Assembly (NCBI GenBank): GCA_963803805.1
Contig: CAWDOD010000003.1
Coordinates: 128,001 to 192,000, forward strand
Length of the DNA: 64,000 nucleotides
Reading direction: 5' to 3'
Origin: an uncultured cyanobacterium
GTDB taxonomy: Bacteria; Cyanobacteriota; Cyanobacteriia; Cyanobacteriales; CAWCAG01
Shown: positions 10,170-21,604 of the stretch, piece by piece
Layout of the letters: every line of letters starts with the position of its first letter
Position numbering within the stretch: position 1 is the stretch's first letter
The notes under the pieces: generated by a model
What the model was told of the DNA's origin: nothing
Database searches by the model: none
Seen by the model: the letters and a program-made list of their open reading frames with translations, nothing else
Position numbers and translations under genes: made by a program

Positions 10170-11048
10170 GTGCCTAAAAGTAACTGGTTATTTTCTTTTC
10201 TTGCTGGCGTAACTTCTTTAGGAAGTCTAGCGTTACCAGCTTCTGGACAGGCTCTTTTGCCTTATACCTTAGAGCTTGATTCAGAACAGCTTGAACAACA
10301 AGGTTTAAATTTGGTTCAGGATGCGGTGCAATTGGTAAGGTTTCAGCAATATGAACTAGCTTTACCAAGAGCAAAGTTAGCTACTCAAGTAGCTCCTGAT
10401 AATTTTCAAACTTGGTTTGTTCTAGGCAGTTTATACTTACAAAATGAAGAGGCAGATAAAGCTATTGAAAGCTTACAAATATCTCGCTCTCTGGCTCCGG
10501 CAGAAGAATCTGGTATTCTCTTTACCCTTGGTTCAGCTTATTTTCAAAAGGGAAATTATCAGGCTGCTATAGAGAATATCGAAAAAGGTTTGGAAGTAGA
10601 GCCAAATGCGGTGGAAGCTTTATTCGATTTGGGTAACTCTTACTTAATGCTCAAAAATTACTCCAAAGCCTTAAGTAGCTATGAACAGGCATACAACAAA
10701 GAACAAAAATTCTGGCCTGCAATTAATAATATCGGCTTGGTTAAATATGAACAAGGGGATGTCACCGGAGCTATTGAAGAATGGGAAAAAGTCTTAGAAA
10801 TAGAGTCTGAGGCCGCAGAACCTCAGTTAGCGATCGCTGTTGCTTGGTATACCCACAAAGCAGACAAGAAAGCTAGCGGCTTAGCTTTAGGTAAAGCGGC
10901 TTTAAACCAAGACAATCGCTATGGAGATTTGGACTTTCTTAAGCAAAATCTTTGGGGAGAGCAACTTTTAGTAGATACAGCAAGATTTTTAGCTGATCCT
11001 CAAGTTGAAGCACTCGTACCTCAAACTCCTTTGCTTGACCAAAGATAA
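10170..11048 (+). CDS. Tetratricopeptide repeat protein
   Basis: Signal peptide and successive TPR motifs (LGSLYL, LGSAYF, LGNSYL, IGLVKY). Confidence 0.88.
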   Translation: MPKSNWLFSFLAGVTSLGSLALPASGQALLPYTLELDSEQLEQQGLNLVQDAVQLVRFQQYELALPRAKLATQVAPDNFQTWFVLGSLYLQNEEADKAIESLQISRSLAPAEESGILFTLGSAYFQKGNYQAAIENIEKGLEVEPNAVEALFDLGNSYLMLKNYSKALSSYEQAYNKEQKFWPAINNIGLVKYEQGDVTGAIEEWEKVLEIESEAAEPQLAIAVAWYTHKADKKASGLALGKAALNQDNRYGDLDFLKQNLWGEQLLVDTARFLADPQVEALVPQTPLLDQR

Positions 11049-11128
11049 GCGTTGGTGTAGAAAGAGAAAATTGTCTCCTTCTTGCCAAAACCACCAATAC
11101 ATAGTACATATGTATTTAAAGGGAATAA

Positions 11129-11166
11129 CAGCGAATACCAGAGCTTTTCAGCCAAGGTATTCGCTG
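11129..11166. terminator. Hairpin between convergent genes (possible terminator)
   Basis: cagcgaatacc...ggtattcgctg forms an 11-bp perfect stem. Confidence 0.5.
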
Positions 11167-11211
11167 ATTAAATTGAGAATTTAGCCTGAAAAATGGTTCT
11201 TTAATTTTTAA

Positions 11212-11610
11212 TCATTCTTCAGGCAAAAGTTGGCGAATCTGCTCAACAAATTGTTGGTGATCCACCACTGGTTTAGAGATGTAGCTATTAGCCCCACTTT
11301 GTTTAAGAAAACTTTCTTTGTCCCCTTCCATTGCATGGGCTGTGACCAAGATAATTGGTATTTCTGAAGTTTGAGGATCTGCTTTTAGCATTTGGGTAAT
11401 TTTAATACCATCTACCGCCTTACCTCGGTAAACGCTATGAGCAAGAGAAACATCCATCAAAATAATGTCGGCCCCCCCTGCTTGGGCAATTTCCATTACC
11501 TCTTCTACATCTTCAGTATGTTTAACATCCAAACCCCCGCGTTTGGTAAGAATCTTAGAAAAAACGCGAGCATTAATAGGATCGTCTTCTACAATCAAAA
11601 CTGTCGTCAT
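11212..11610 (-). CDS. Single-domain response regulator (DivK/CheY-like)
   Basis: VLIVEDD, ILMDV, VTAHAM and ISKP receiver motifs. Confidence 0.92.
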   Translation of the reverse strand: MTTVLIVEDDPINARVFSKILTKRGGLDVKHTEDVEEVMEIAQAGGADIILMDVSLAHSVYRGKAVDGIKITQMLKADPQTSEIPIILVTAHAMEGDKESFLKQSGANSYISKPVVDHQQFVEQIRQLLPEE

Positions 11611-11758
11611 AGGCGTTGCCTCAAGGGAGTCGCTGTAAATAAGGGCGAATTTTAAGATTAAACTGACAAGGACTTTTGTAATGTTGCCACTGAGAGCAGC
11701 AATAAGTCATTAATTAAGCATTATCTTTGTTTTAAGGAAAGTTTAGGATAAATAACTC

Positions 11759-14272
11759 ATGGCAAAACAGCTAAACCTGTTAGAAAATGGTCAGATCGTC
11801 CCCACGGCGCTACACGCAGAAATGGAACGGTCTTATCTTGAATATGCCATGAGTGTCATAGTCGGCAGGGCATTACCGGATGTTCGAGATGGGCTAAAAC
11901 CAGTCCATCGACGAATTTTGTATGCCATGCACGAACTAGGTTTGACCCCAGATAGACCTTATCGTAAATGTGCCAGAGTAGTGGGAGATGTTTTAGGTAA
12001 ATATCATCCCCATGGAGATCAGGCGGTTTATGATGCATTGGTACGAATGGTACAAGATTTCTCCAGTCGCTATCCGTTATTATCCGGACATGGGAACTTT
12101 GGTTCGGTGGATAATGACCCTCCTGCTGCCATGCGCTATACAGAAACTCGATTGGCAGAAATTGCCCATCAAGCTTTGTTAAGGGAAATTGGAGAAGCAA
12201 CGGTTGACTTTACAAGTAACTTTGACAACTCTCAACAAGAACCAGTAGTACTACCAGCTCAGTTACCTATATTATTGCTTAATGGTTGCTCCGGGATCGC
12301 AGTGGGTATGGCCACAAATGTACCTCCCCATAATTTGGGAGAGGTTGTAGATGGCTTGATTGCCTTGATTGATAAGCCTAACTTAGCTGATGAAAAACTT
12401 TGGCAATTAATTAGGGGACCAGACTTTCCCACTGGAGGAGAGATTATTGATACTGCCGTCATTAAGGAGGTTTATAGCCAAGGTAGGGGGAGTATTCCTT
12501 TACGGGGGGTAGCAACTGTTGAGAAATTGCGTACTGAAGGTAAGCGACGCAGGGTTAAGACAGCGATTGTGGTGACAGAATTACCCTTCCAGGTTAATAA
12601 AGCCGGTTGGATTGAGAAAGTTGCTGATTTAGTTAATCAAGGGCGTATTGAAGGCATTTCTGATCTTCGTGATGAGAGCGATCGCGATGGTATGCGAGTG
12701 GTGATTGAATTAAAACGGGATACGAATGCTCAACAAATTCTCCAACAACTTTATAAACAATCTGCTCTACAAAATAACTTTGGGGCCATTATGCTGGCCT
12801 TGGTGGATAATAAGCCCTGTCAGCTTTCTTTACGAGAATTATTAGAAGAGTTCCTTAGTTTCCGGGAACAAACCCTTACTAGGCTTTATAGGTACGAATT
12901 AGAGCAGAATCAAAAGAGGATTCATCTGGTTGAAGGATTATTAGCAGCCCTGAAAAATTTGGATCGGGTGATTGAGATTTTGCGTAATGCCCCTGATGGT
13001 AGTACAGCAAGGGTGACGCTACAAGAAGAATTAGGGATTAGTGAAGCCCAAGCCGATTCTATTTTAGCTATGCCCATGCGCCGCTTAACAGGGTTAGAAA
13101 GGCAGAAGTTGCAAACAGAGTATGAGGAATTGCAAGGGGCGATCACGAAGTTAAATCAATTATTAGGCGATCGCACGGAGTTATTAAAAGCCCTGAAAAA
13201 AGAGTTACGTTCCTTGAAGCGTAAGTATGGTAATCCTCGTCGTACAAAGATTCTGTCAGCGGAGGAGGTACAAAAAGCTACGGCTACGGCGAAGAAGGGG
13301 ACAAGAAGTAAAAAGTCTCCTCAGAAATCCAGCGCAGTGCCAGTTTTGGAAGCAACAGAACCTTTACCTCCTCAAGATGCGGTGATAGAGGTTACTCGCC
13401 AAGGTTATATCTATTGGCAAACTCCCTCCGGAGGACAAAAAGCTGCCACTAGTAGCAGGGATTTTGTGATTGAGACTTTAGCCATGAAGCAACAAGAAAC
13501 TTTGGTGGTACTAACCGCTAGTGGGAAAGCCTATCCTGTTGCCCTTACAGAAATTCCCCAAGCAGGAAATATTAAGAAAACTCCCTTGTTGAGTTTGTTG
13601 CCAAAATCTGTTCAGAAGCCGGAAGAAAGGGCTGTAGGGCAGTTTTTTCTGCCTCAAGGTAAAAACGAAAAAGACCGAGATTTAGTCTTACTTACCAAGC
13701 AAGGGCGTATTAAACGCTTAGATTTATCAGAGTTAAAAGATTTGAGTAATCGAGGACTACAAGTAGTTAAACTCAAAGACAAGGACAGCTTAGATTATGC
13801 GGCTTTAACCCAAGAAGGACAACAAATTGCCATCGCCACCACAGGAGGGCGCATTTTACGTTTTGAGGTTAATGATGAACAATTGGCAATTATGGGACGC
13901 AATGCCCAAGGTAATCAAGCTTTGAGATTACGTTACAACGAAAATATTGTTGGTGGGGTTGTTGTGACCGAAAAAGATAGTCTTTTACTCGTATCAGAGT
14001 TTGGTTATGTGAAGCGATTAGCAATTAAGTCTTTACGTTTAGCTAATCGAGGGGATATTGGCACTCAGGCTTTACAATTTTCTGAGTCTGAGGATACCTT
14101 GGCTGGAGTAATTTTAGCTCCGAAGCAAGCTAGTTTTACTCTTTTAACAACAAAGGATAAGGTGATTAATTTACCCATTAAGCCTATTAAAAATTGGGGC
14201 AAAGATGGTACAGGGAATCATCTCTCGAAGTTGAAACCCACAGATAGGGTAAAAGAGATTTGGCTAAACTAA
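11759..14272 (+). CDS. gyrA: DNA gyrase/topoisomerase IV subunit A (second GyrA homolog, ParC-like)
   Basis: [22 protein letters not shown] and AAMRYTE; C-terminal pinwheel repeats; no clear GyrA-box, so it may be ParC. Confidence 0.85.
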   Translation: MAKQLNLLENGQIVPTALHAEMERSYLEYAMSVIVGRALPDVRDGLKPVHRRILYAMHELGLTPDRPYRKCARVVGDVLGKYHPHGDQAVYDALVRMVQDFSSRYPLLSGHGNFGSVDNDPPAAMRYTETRLAEIAHQALLREIGEATVDFTSNFDNSQQEPVVLPAQLPILLLNGCSGIAVGMATNVPPHNLGEVVDGLIALIDKPNLADEKLWQLIRGPDFPTGGEIIDTAVIKEVYSQGRGSIPLRGVATVEKLRTEGKRRRVKTAIVVTELPFQVNKAGWIEKVADLVNQGRIEGISDLRDESDRDGMRVVIELKRDTNAQQILQQLYKQSALQNNFGAIMLALVDNKPCQLSLRELLEEFLSFREQTLTRLYRYELEQNQKRIHLVEGLLAALKNLDRVIEILRNAPDGSTARVTLQEELGISEAQADSILAMPMRRLTGLERQKLQTEYEELQGAITKLNQLLGDRTELLKALKKELRSLKRKYGNPRRTKILSAEEVQKATATAKKGTRSKKSPQKSSAVPVLEATEPLPPQDAVIEVTRQGYIYWQTPSGGQKAATSSRDFVIETLAMKQQETLVVLTASGKAYPVALTEIPQAGNIKKTPLLSLLPKSVQKPEERAVGQFFLPQGKNEKDRDLVLLTKQGRIKRLDLSELKDLSNRGLQVVKLKDKDSLDYAALTQEGQQIAIATTGGRILRFEVNDEQLAIMGRNAQGNQALRLRYNENIVGGVVVTEKDSLLLVSEFGYVKRLAIKSLRLANRGDIGTQALQFSESEDTLAGVILAPKQASFTLLTTKDKVINLPIKPIKNWGKDGTGNHLSKLKPTDRVKEIWLN

Positions 14273-14392
14273 GCTAAGACCCTTAGAAAGCTGGTATTTA
14301 TCCCTCCTAGCCCAATTTTCCTCAATGCCTTTAACTATTAGACATCTTAGAAGCGCGGGCAGATCAATCAAATGTTCAATGTTTCATGATCA

Positions 14393-14956
14393 ATGGTACA
14401 AACACCACCTAAAACACTTACATTGGCAGAGTTTTTACAATTACCTGAAACAAAACCTGCTCAAGAATATCTTGAAGCTAAAATCATCCAAAAACCAATG
14501 CCCCAGGGGAAACATAGTGCTATTCAAGGAGAGTTTGTTTCGGCTATTAATAGTGTAGTCAAACCCAAACGTCTTGCACGTGCTTTTCCTGAATTACGTT
14601 GTACCTTTGGGGGGCGTTCAACTGTTCCTGATATTGTAGTGTTTGTTTGGAATCGAATTCCTCGCGATGACAATGGAGAAATTGCTAATGCTTTTCCTTT
14701 AGCACCAGATTGGACAATTGAAATCTTATCGCCAGATCAAAGTCAAACAAAAGTAACCAAAAACATTCTTCATTGCTTGAAACATGGGACTAAAATGGGT
14801 TGGTTAATTGATCCTGCTGAACAAACTGTATTTGTCTATTGTCCTAAACAAGAAGTTGAAGCATTTGATCAGCCAGATGATATTCTTCCTATGCCACCAT
14901 TTGCCAGTGAGCTAAACTTACTCATCAAAGATTTGTTCGCTTGGTTGCTAGAGTAA
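14393..14956 (+). CDS. Uma2 family endonuclease (DUF820)
   Basis: LTLAEFLQLPETKPA, VPDI, PDWTIEILSP, GWLIDP. Confidence 0.9.
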   Translation: MVQTPPKTLTLAEFLQLPETKPAQEYLEAKIIQKPMPQGKHSAIQGEFVSAINSVVKPKRLARAFPELRCTFGGRSTVPDIVVFVWNRIPRDDNGEIANAFPLAPDWTIEILSPDQSQTKVTKNILHCLKHGTKMGWLIDPAEQTVFVYCPKQEVEAFDQPDDILPMPPFASELNLLIKDLFAWLLE

Positions 14957-14986
14957 ATTATAGAGTTCGATTAAAAAGAAAAATTT

Positions 14987-16378
14987 ATGGTAACGAAAAG
15001 GATTAGGGAAATATTACGCCAAGGGCAACCTGATGATGGGGTAACAATTCAGGGTTGGGTGCGTACTAAGCGGGAATTGAAAAATTTTGCTTTTATAGAA
15101 GTTAATGATGGTTCTTCTTTGGCGAGTATTCAAGTGGTACTTAATCCTGATTTGCCAGATTATGAGGACTTGCTTAAACGTCTTAATACAGGGGCTTCGG
15201 TGGAAGTAGCAGGGGTTGTCGCTGCTTCTCCGGGTAAAGGACAACGGGTAGAAATACAAGCTTCTAGGGCAGAAGTTTATGGGGAATCTGATGTGGAAAC
15301 TTACCCTTTGCAAAAGAAGCGCCACTCCTTTGAATTTCTGCGTACTATTGGTCATTTGAGAGGGCGTACTAACACTCTAGGAGCAGTTTTTAGGGTACGC
15401 AATGCTTGTTCTGAGGCTATTCACCAATTTTTCCAATCGAGGGACTTTCTCTGGGTTCATACCCCCGTTATAACCGCTAGTGATTGTGAGGGGGCAGGGG
15501 AGTTATTTAATGTGACGAGTTTGAATTTAAAAGATGTCCCCCGCCTTAATAATGGGGAAATAGATTATAGCCAAGATTTTTTTGGTCGCAGGGCCTATCT
15601 TACCGTAAGTGGGCAATTAGAAGCGGAAGTGATGGCGATGGCTTTTAAGGATGTTTACACTTTTGGTCCCACTTTTCGGGCAGAAAATTCCAATACTTCC
15701 CGCCATTTAGCTGAGTTTTGGATGGTGGAACCAGAAATGGCTTTTTGTGATTTAGCAGGGGACAGAGATTTAGCGGAACAGTTCCTTAAATATGTGTTTA
15801 AGTTTGTCTTAGAAAAGTGTCCTGAAGATTTGGAATTTTTCAACAAACGCATTGATGATACGGTTTTAGCTACAGCAGATAATATTATTAATAGTGAGTT
15901 TGCTAAGATTACTTATACAGAGGCGATCGCACTTTTAGAAAAAGCTGAGCGGAAGTTTGAATATCCCGTTGAATGGGGTGTAGATTTACAATCAGAACAT
16001 GAACGTTATTTAGCAGAAGAATTATTTAAAAAGCCTACCATTGTTACTGATTATCCGGTGGGAATTAAGGCTTTTTATATGCGTTTAAATGATGATGAAA
16101 AAACCGTTGCGGCTATGGATGTTTTAGCCCCCAAAATTGGTGAAATTATCGGTGGTTCACAACGGGAAGAACGTCTTGATGTGTTAGAAAGACGCATTAA
16201 AGAACAAGCATTGCCCACAGAAGATTTATGGTGGTATCTTGATTTGCGCCGTTATGGGACAGTTCCCCATGCGGGTTTTGGTTTAGGGTTTGAAAGGTTG
16301 GTACAGTTTATGACAGGTATGAATAATATTCGCGATGTTATTCCTTTTCCTCGCACTCCTTTAAGTGCAGAATTTTAA
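14987..16378 (+). CDS. asnS: Asparagine--tRNA ligase
   Basis: [38 protein letters not shown]. Confidence 0.97.
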   Translation: MVTKRIREILRQGQPDDGVTIQGWVRTKRELKNFAFIEVNDGSSLASIQVVLNPDLPDYEDLLKRLNTGASVEVAGVVAASPGKGQRVEIQASRAEVYGESDVETYPLQKKRHSFEFLRTIGHLRGRTNTLGAVFRVRNACSEAIHQFFQSRDFLWVHTPVITASDCEGAGELFNVTSLNLKDVPRLNNGEIDYSQDFFGRRAYLTVSGQLEAEVMAMAFKDVYTFGPTFRAENSNTSRHLAEFWMVEPEMAFCDLAGDRDLAEQFLKYVFKFVLEKCPEDLEFFNKRIDDTVLATADNIINSEFAKITYTEAIALLEKAERKFEYPVEWGVDLQSEHERYLAEELFKKPTIVTDYPVGIKAFYMRLNDDEKTVAAMDVLAPKIGEIIGGSQREERLDVLERRIKEQALPTEDLWWYLDLRRYGTVPHAGFGLGFERLVQFMTGMNNIRDVIPFPRTPLSAEF

Positions 16379-16383
16379 CTTTG

Positions 16384-16485
16384 GAGAACTCCAATAAATA
16401 AAATATCCCCACCAAGTATAAGATTTTAGCAACTAGCAACTAGCCATAAGCTTATCGCTTAGCGATAAGTCTTTTCTTGGTTCTC
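16384..16485. mobile_element. MITE-like dispersed element, short copy (3 internal heptamers)
   Basis: Near-identical to 22924..23123 outside the heptamer core; imperfect inverted ends gagaactccaa...ttggttctc; internal palindrome cttatcgct-t-agcgataag. Confidence 0.65.
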
Positions 16486-16486
16486 T

Positions 16487-17806
16487 CTAAGTGACGAGGA
16501 GAGAGTCTGAAGGCTTATTCACCCTAGCACTTTCAGCAGTTTGGGTGTAGATCCTTTCTACCACTTCTGCTAAACGCTGCATTCCTGTAGCGATTTCTTC
16601 AGGAGTTGCTGTTAAGCTGATGCGAATACATTGCTGTTTGTGGGGCCATTGTTCCTGTAAGCCAGGGAAGAAAGGACTGCCGGGAACAACAATTACTCCT
16701 ACTTCTTTTAATTCTTGATAAAGTTCCCAATCTGTTAAAGGTAAATCTTCTAACCACAGCCAAGCAAAAATAGCTCCTTCACCACGATGCAAAAACCAAG
16801 GTAAGTCTTGGGGAAGGGCAGCATCTAAGGTGGCTTCTAGGATTGCTAATTTGTTTTGGTAATGGGGACGAATTACTGAGGTAGAAATTTCTGCTAAAGC
16901 ACCACTAGCGATCGCCTTGGTAGCTATAGCCTGTCCGTAGCGAGAAGAGTGAAGGCAGAGGTTGGTTTGGAAGCATTCTAAAACTTGAATTAATTGAGGA
17001 TCGCCAATAGCTACCCCCACTCTTTCCCCCGGTAATCCGGCTTTGGATAGGCTAAGACAGTGGATGATATTACCACCAAATCGGGGTGTCATAGGGGTGA
17101 AGTTTAAGGCTGGGTAAGGGGTTGCGTAGGCAGAATCAATTAAAACTGGTATGTTATGAGGGGCCGCTAGGTCAGTAATTTTCTGCACCTCTGCGTCACT
17201 CAGAACGTTACCTGTGGGGTTGCAGGGACGGGAAAAGATAACGCAGCCGGTGGTTTCATTAATGGCAAGTCGGCTGAAATCTGGGCGATATTTGAAGCGA
17301 TGTTGTTGGTGGTCAATTTCTAAATGGGGTTTGTAGGCGATGATTGTGTCTGGGGTTAAGCTGACTCCTCCATATCCGGTATAGTCAGGGCTGAGGGGTA
17401 AAACAACTCGCTTTAACTTTCCCCTAGGACTGTAGCCAGCCAAGGCATTAGCTCCGTAAAAGTAAATAGATTGGGAACCGGGGGTAATGAGAATATTTCT
17501 GTCGGTAAGGTTTAACCCATAGCGATGGTTAAAATCCTTCGCGATCGCCTCAATTAAAGGAGTATATCCTTGAGAGGAGCCATAACGCCCCACAACTTCA
17601 CCATATTCAGGGCTAGCTAGCAATTGTGCATTGCAATCTCGCCATAATTGTTCTACTTCTGGCAAAATTACCGGGTTGCCAGCACTAAGATTGATGAAAT
17701 TTCTCCCTTTACCTGCTCGCAAGGTTTCAATAATATCTTTCATAATTGCCCTAACTCCTGTAAGAGTGGACATTTGCTTACCAATTTGTGATAGGTGAGG
17801 ATTCAT
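16487..17806 (-). CDS. avtA: Valine--pyruvate transaminase
   Basis: TGVRAIMKDI, LSAGNP, SRPCNPTGNV and LSLSKAGLPGERVG (PLP lysine); start trimmed to MNPHL. Confidence 0.9.
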   Translation of the reverse strand: MNPHLSQIGKQMSTLTGVRAIMKDIIETLRAGKGRNFINLSAGNPVILPEVEQLWRDCNAQLLASPEYGEVVGRYGSSQGYTPLIEAIAKDFNHRYGLNLTDRNILITPGSQSIYFYGANALAGYSPRGKLKRVVLPLSPDYTGYGGVSLTPDTIIAYKPHLEIDHQQHRFKYRPDFSRLAINETTGCVIFSRPCNPTGNVLSDAEVQKITDLAAPHNIPVLIDSAYATPYPALNFTPMTPRFGGNIIHCLSLSKAGLPGERVGVAIGDPQLIQVLECFQTNLCLHSSRYGQAIATKAIASGALAEISTSVIRPHYQNKLAILEATLDAALPQDLPWFLHRGEGAIFAWLWLEDLPLTDWELYQELKEVGVIVVPGSPFFPGLQEQWPHKQQCIRISLTATPEEIATGMQRLAEVVERIYTQTAESARVNKPSDSLLVT

Positions 17807-17829
17807 AGGATTTTTTAGTTGGAGTAGCA

Positions 17830-17883
17830 CTTCAACCATTAGTGTATAGCGCGATACACCAATGGTTGAAGCGATCGCGCTAT
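17830..17883. promoter_or_regulatory. Long hairpin with an alternative pairing upstream of avtA
   Basis: 18-bp stem 17830-17847/17854-17871 (1 mismatch); alternative 10-bp stem 17846-17855/17874-17883. Confidence 0.45.
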
Positions 17884-17898
17884 CTATATTTCAGTACT

Positions 17899-19180
17899 TT
17901 AGTTGATATCTTGCCAGACATCATCAAATAAATTATCTTCTTCTTCTTTTCCCTTCTCTTGTTCCCCAGAAAGAGCAACATCAAAGCCGTTATTATCTTG
18001 TCCCATCTCGCTTAGATCGAACTCTTCATCTTGTTCTGAAGATTCTACTAGTTCTAGTTCTTCTTCAATACTATTTTCTAGTGCTGCTAAGTCCAAGTCT
18101 TCTTCACTACTTCCTAAATCTAGATTCTGATTCAGAAACCACTTGTCCATTGAGGTCTAAAGATTCTTCTTCTTCCCCAAATAGATTGTTCCCCAAGTCT
18201 ATTAACTCTGGGTCCATTTCCCCTTGAGACTCTCCTCCTAATTCTATAGGAGTTACTTCTTCTTCGGTTAAAGCCTCTCCAAAATCTAGTTCTGATGCTA
18301 CTTCAGTTTCCGATTCTTCCCCAAAATCTATTGCAGGTTCATCTTCTTCTTCGGTTAAAGCCTCTCCAAAATCTAGTTCTGATGCTGCTGCAATTTCCGA
18401 TTCTTCCCCAAAATCTATTGCAGGTTCATCCTCTTCTTCAGTTAAAGCCTCTCCAAAATCTAGTTCTGATGCTGCTTCAAGTTCCGACTCTTCTCCAAAA
18501 TCCATTGCAGGTTCTTCTTCTGCCATGAAATCTAATTCTGGCTCTTCTTCGGTTAAAGCTTCCCCAAAATCCATTTCTGATGCTACTTCAAGTTCCGACT
18601 CTTCCCCAAAATCTATTGCAGGTTCATCTTCTTCAGTTAAAGCCTCTCCAAAATCCATTTCTGATTCTGCTTCAACTTCTGATTCATCAGAAGAATCTGT
18701 GAAATCCAAATCCGACTCTGCTTCTAAGACATATTCTTCTTCAATGATAGTAGGCTCGTCAGCATCTAAAGCCAACTCTTCTAGATCACTATCATCTTCT
18801 TGTTCAAAAGCTGAGAAATTGTCTTCATCGTCATCACTGACAGATTCTTCTAAATCTTCAGCTTCTCCTTCCCAAGGGCAGAATTCTAGACTGATTCTGA
18901 CTTTACCTTTCTGCCAACCTTGAGCGCCAAATTTTAAAACCTCACAGTTGATGCCATTTTCAGTAAACCAATGCTTTTTAGCTTCAGTTATGTCACCAAT
19001 ACCATATGCCATGAGCTGTGTATAAAGAGCCTGTGATAGCTCTTCTGCCCTAAAGGTGTGTCCGACTAAAAGTTGGACCGAATCATCAACTGAGAGTACT
19101 TCACCGCCAGAAAGCGGCTCGAACGTATTATCCACGACTATTTTTTCCCTGTTTAGCTTTGCAATGTTTAGCCGAGTCAC
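17899..19180 (-). pseudogene. KGK-domain protein with a long acidic repeat tail, frameshifted near 18124
   Basis: GINCEVLKFGAQGWQKGKVRISLEFCP is a KGK domain; ORFs 18107..19180 and 17899..18150 join if one base is removed (tca gaa T cta gat versus the repeat's tca gaa cta gat); could be an assembly error. Confidence 0.7.
18256..18680 (-). repeat. Intragenic acidic tandem repeat, about 87-bp (29-aa) unit, about 5 copies
   Basis: gcctctccaaaatctagttctgatgct at 18273, 18360 and 18447; encodes SELDFGEALTEEEDEPAIDFGEES. Confidence 0.85.
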
Positions 19181-19331
19181 TGTTTATTATTGCTTAGATT
19201 AGCTCAGTAACTATCAAGAGAGACTAAAACAATTTAAAGAAAATGCTAAATTATGAACCTCAAGCATAGTATTAGCAAAGCAAAATAATTCATAATTTAT
19301 AACTTAATTATCTTCATCTTGCCCAAAATGT

Positions 19332-20327
19332 TTAGAAAAACCAGCCGTAGGAGTGTAAGCCTTTGCCTAATAAGTTTACTCCCAGGTAACAGATCCAAAC
19401 AACGAAAAAGCCTGTGGTAGCAAGGATAGCTGGTTTTCTTCCCTGCCAACCACGGGTGATGCGGGCGTGTAAATAAGCTGCAAAAATCAACCAAGTAATT
19501 AAGGCCCAGGTTTCTTTCGGGTCCCAACTCCAATAAGATCCCCAAGCTTCGTTAGCCCAAACTGCTCCGGCGATGATACCAATAGTTAGTAGGGGAAATC
19601 CTAAGCCGATGATCCGGTAGCTAATGTTATCTAAGGTGTCAGCAAGGCTTAAGCGTTGAGGGGAAAGGCTTGGTGTAATGATTGGATTTACTCGCGCCAT
19701 AACTGCGGTATTGCCACTACTACTACCTTCTAAGGAAATATTCTCTTGAGTTGCCGCAACTGGTTTTAAAAAGGCTGAATTACGATAGCCCCCAGTGCCT
19801 ACAGAACTACCTCGGAGTTCCACTTTTTCGCCACGAGTAACTATTAAAAAAGCGATCGCCAGTAAAGAACCTACCATTAAGGTGGCATAGCTAAGCATCA
19901 TGACACTAACGTGCATCATTAACCAATTAGATTTTAAAGCTGGGACTAACGGTTCGGCCCCTTGCAATTGGGCTGGTAAAGTTAAGGCTGCAAAAGCAGT
20001 TATTCCCATAGCAAGAGGAGCTGTAAAAACTCCTACCAAGTTACTACGACTCATTCTTTGGGCAATAAAATGAATTGTGGTTATGCCCCAAGCAAGGAAG
20101 AATAAGGATTCATAAAGATTACTTAAAGGAAAGTAGCCAGCTTCTAGCCAACGGGCGCTAAGTAAGGCTGCTATACAAAGATTGGCAATTCCCATACCGG
20201 CTGTTCCTAAAGTAGGTAAATAGGTTAGGTTAGGAAAAGCGGCTCCAACCCAGTAAACTAGCATGGTAACTAGTAATACAGCAAAAGAGATATTATCAAG
20301 GATATTCTGAAGTTCAACTAAGTTCAT
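19332..20327 (-). CDS. ccsB: c-type cytochrome biogenesis protein CcsB/CcsA
   Basis: [20 protein letters not shown] and [18 protein letters not shown] (WWD domain). Confidence 0.95.
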   Translation of the reverse strand: MNLVELQNILDNISFAVLLVTMLVYWVGAAFPNLTYLPTLGTAGMGIANLCIAALLSARWLEAGYFPLSNLYESLFFLAWGITTIHFIAQRMSRSNLVGVFTAPLAMGITAFAALTLPAQLQGAEPLVPALKSNWLMMHVSVMMLSYATLMVGSLLAIAFLIVTRGEKVELRGSSVGTGGYRNSAFLKPVAATQENISLEGSSSGNTAVMARVNPIITPSLSPQRLSLADTLDNISYRIIGLGFPLLTIGIIAGAVWANEAWGSYWSWDPKETWALITWLIFAAYLHARITRGWQGRKPAILATTGFFVVWICYLGVNLLGKGLHSYGWFF

Positions 20328-20453
20328 AAAAGTATTCTCTTAAAATAGTTTTAATTAAAGCTCTAACAATCCGTCGAACTAATAGATGTGCTTGTAAATA
20401 ATATCGTAACGGTTATCGGCAATGGTTGAAAATCAATGATCAATGTGATCAAT

Positions 20454-20480
20454 GTTCGGCTTGCTGTTGCCGTTAGGCAT
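20454..20480 (-). repeat. 27-bp small dispersed repeat, copy 3
   Basis: gttcggcttgctgttgccgttaggcat, embedded among aatgatc/ataactg-type heptamers. Confidence 0.6.
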
Positions 20481-20536
20481 TATTGAATTGATAACTGTAG
20501 GGCTTGCTATTGTCTAAGACATCATTGATAACTGAT

Positions 20537-21604
20537 ATGCGATTACTACTAGTTGCTAGTCCAGTTGGTTCTTTGCATTCTGGTCAGGTGGGGGGAGTGG
20601 GTTTAGATATTCGTAACATTGTTGGGGAATTGCAACGGCGAGGTTACGAATTACAGGTTGTTGCTCCCTATGGTTCTCGAATCGAGTCTGTTTCAGTTAA
20701 AGAAATTGAAGGTAATTTTCAACCCCTAGCTCCCAATCAAAATAGTACTGCTCCTGTGGTTATTCCTCCCAATGCTGTTTTGAGTAATATGTGGGAATAT
20801 GCCCGTCGAGTTCAGGGTGATTTTGATTTAATTATTAATTTTGCCTATGATTGGTTGCCTTTTTATTTAGCTCCTTTTTTCACTTGTCCTGTTCTCCACC
20901 GGGTTAATATGGGTTCTTGGACTTTGGTGATGGATCGGGCTATTGAACAGGTAGCTTTTTTATGTCCGGGGACTTTAGGGGCTTTGACGCGATCGCAAGC
21001 TGCTACTTTTTCTGTGGCGAAGCAGTTTCGCACTTTAGGTGCAGGGCTAGATATTAGTAAATATGAGTTTTGTGCTAAACCGGGAGATAGTTTAGCTTGG
21101 GTGGCGCGAATTTCCCCAGAAAAGGGGCTGGAAGACTCTGTGGCAGCAGCAGCAGAAGCAGGGGTGACTTTGAAGGTTTTTGGTTATATCCAAAACAAAG
21201 ACTATTGGCAGCAAGTTTGCCAAGATTATCCCCAGGCATCAATTAAATATATGGGTTTTTTACCTACGGAACAATTACAAAAGGAATTAGGAAAATGTCG
21301 GGGATTATTGATGACTCACCATTGGGTGGAGGCTTTTGGTCTGGTGGCTATTGAAGCCCTTGCCTGCGGTGTTCCTGTCATTACCTACAATCGGGGTGGC
21401 CCTGGAGAGATTATTAGAGATGGTGAAACGGGTATTTTGGTAGAACCTGGTCAAGTAGATGGGTTAGTCAAAGGGATTGGCAATATAGATAGTTTAGATC
21501 GTAGGGCCTGTCGCCAGCAGGTAGAAGCAGAATACTCCTTAGAGGTATTTGGTGATAGGCTAGAGCAGTGGTTTCAAGACGTTCTCAATGCAGCCCATAG
21601 CTAA
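20537..21604 (+). CDS. GT4 glycosyltransferase, pteridine (tetrahydrobiopterin) glucosyltransferase-like
   Basis: SPVG...GGV, NMWEYAR, NFAYDWLPFYL, RISPEKGLED and WVEAFG..AIEALACGVPV resemble cyanobacterial BGluT/PgtA. Confidence 0.8.
   Translation: MRLLLVASPVGSLHSGQVGGVGLDIRNIVGELQRRGYELQVVAPYGSRIESVSVKEIEGNFQPLAPNQNSTAPVVIPPNAVLSNMWEYARRVQGDFDLIINFAYDWLPFYLAPFFTCPVLHRVNMGSWTLVMDRAIEQVAFLCPGTLGALTRSQAATFSVAKQFRTLGAGLDISKYEFCAKPGDSLAWVARISPEKGLEDSVAAAAEAGVTLKVFGYIQNKDYWQQVCQDYPQASIKYMGFLPTEQLQKELGKCRGLLMTHHWVEAFGLVAIEALACGVPVITYNRGGPGEIIRDGETGILVEPGQVDGLVKGIGNIDSLDRRACRQQVEAEYSLEVFGDRLEQWFQDVLNAAHS

Noticed and set aside
17903-18923. Ser/Leu-rich ORFs overlapping the KGK repeats (17903..18130, 18295..18528, 18525..18923)
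   Set aside because: Shadow frames of the acidic repeat region
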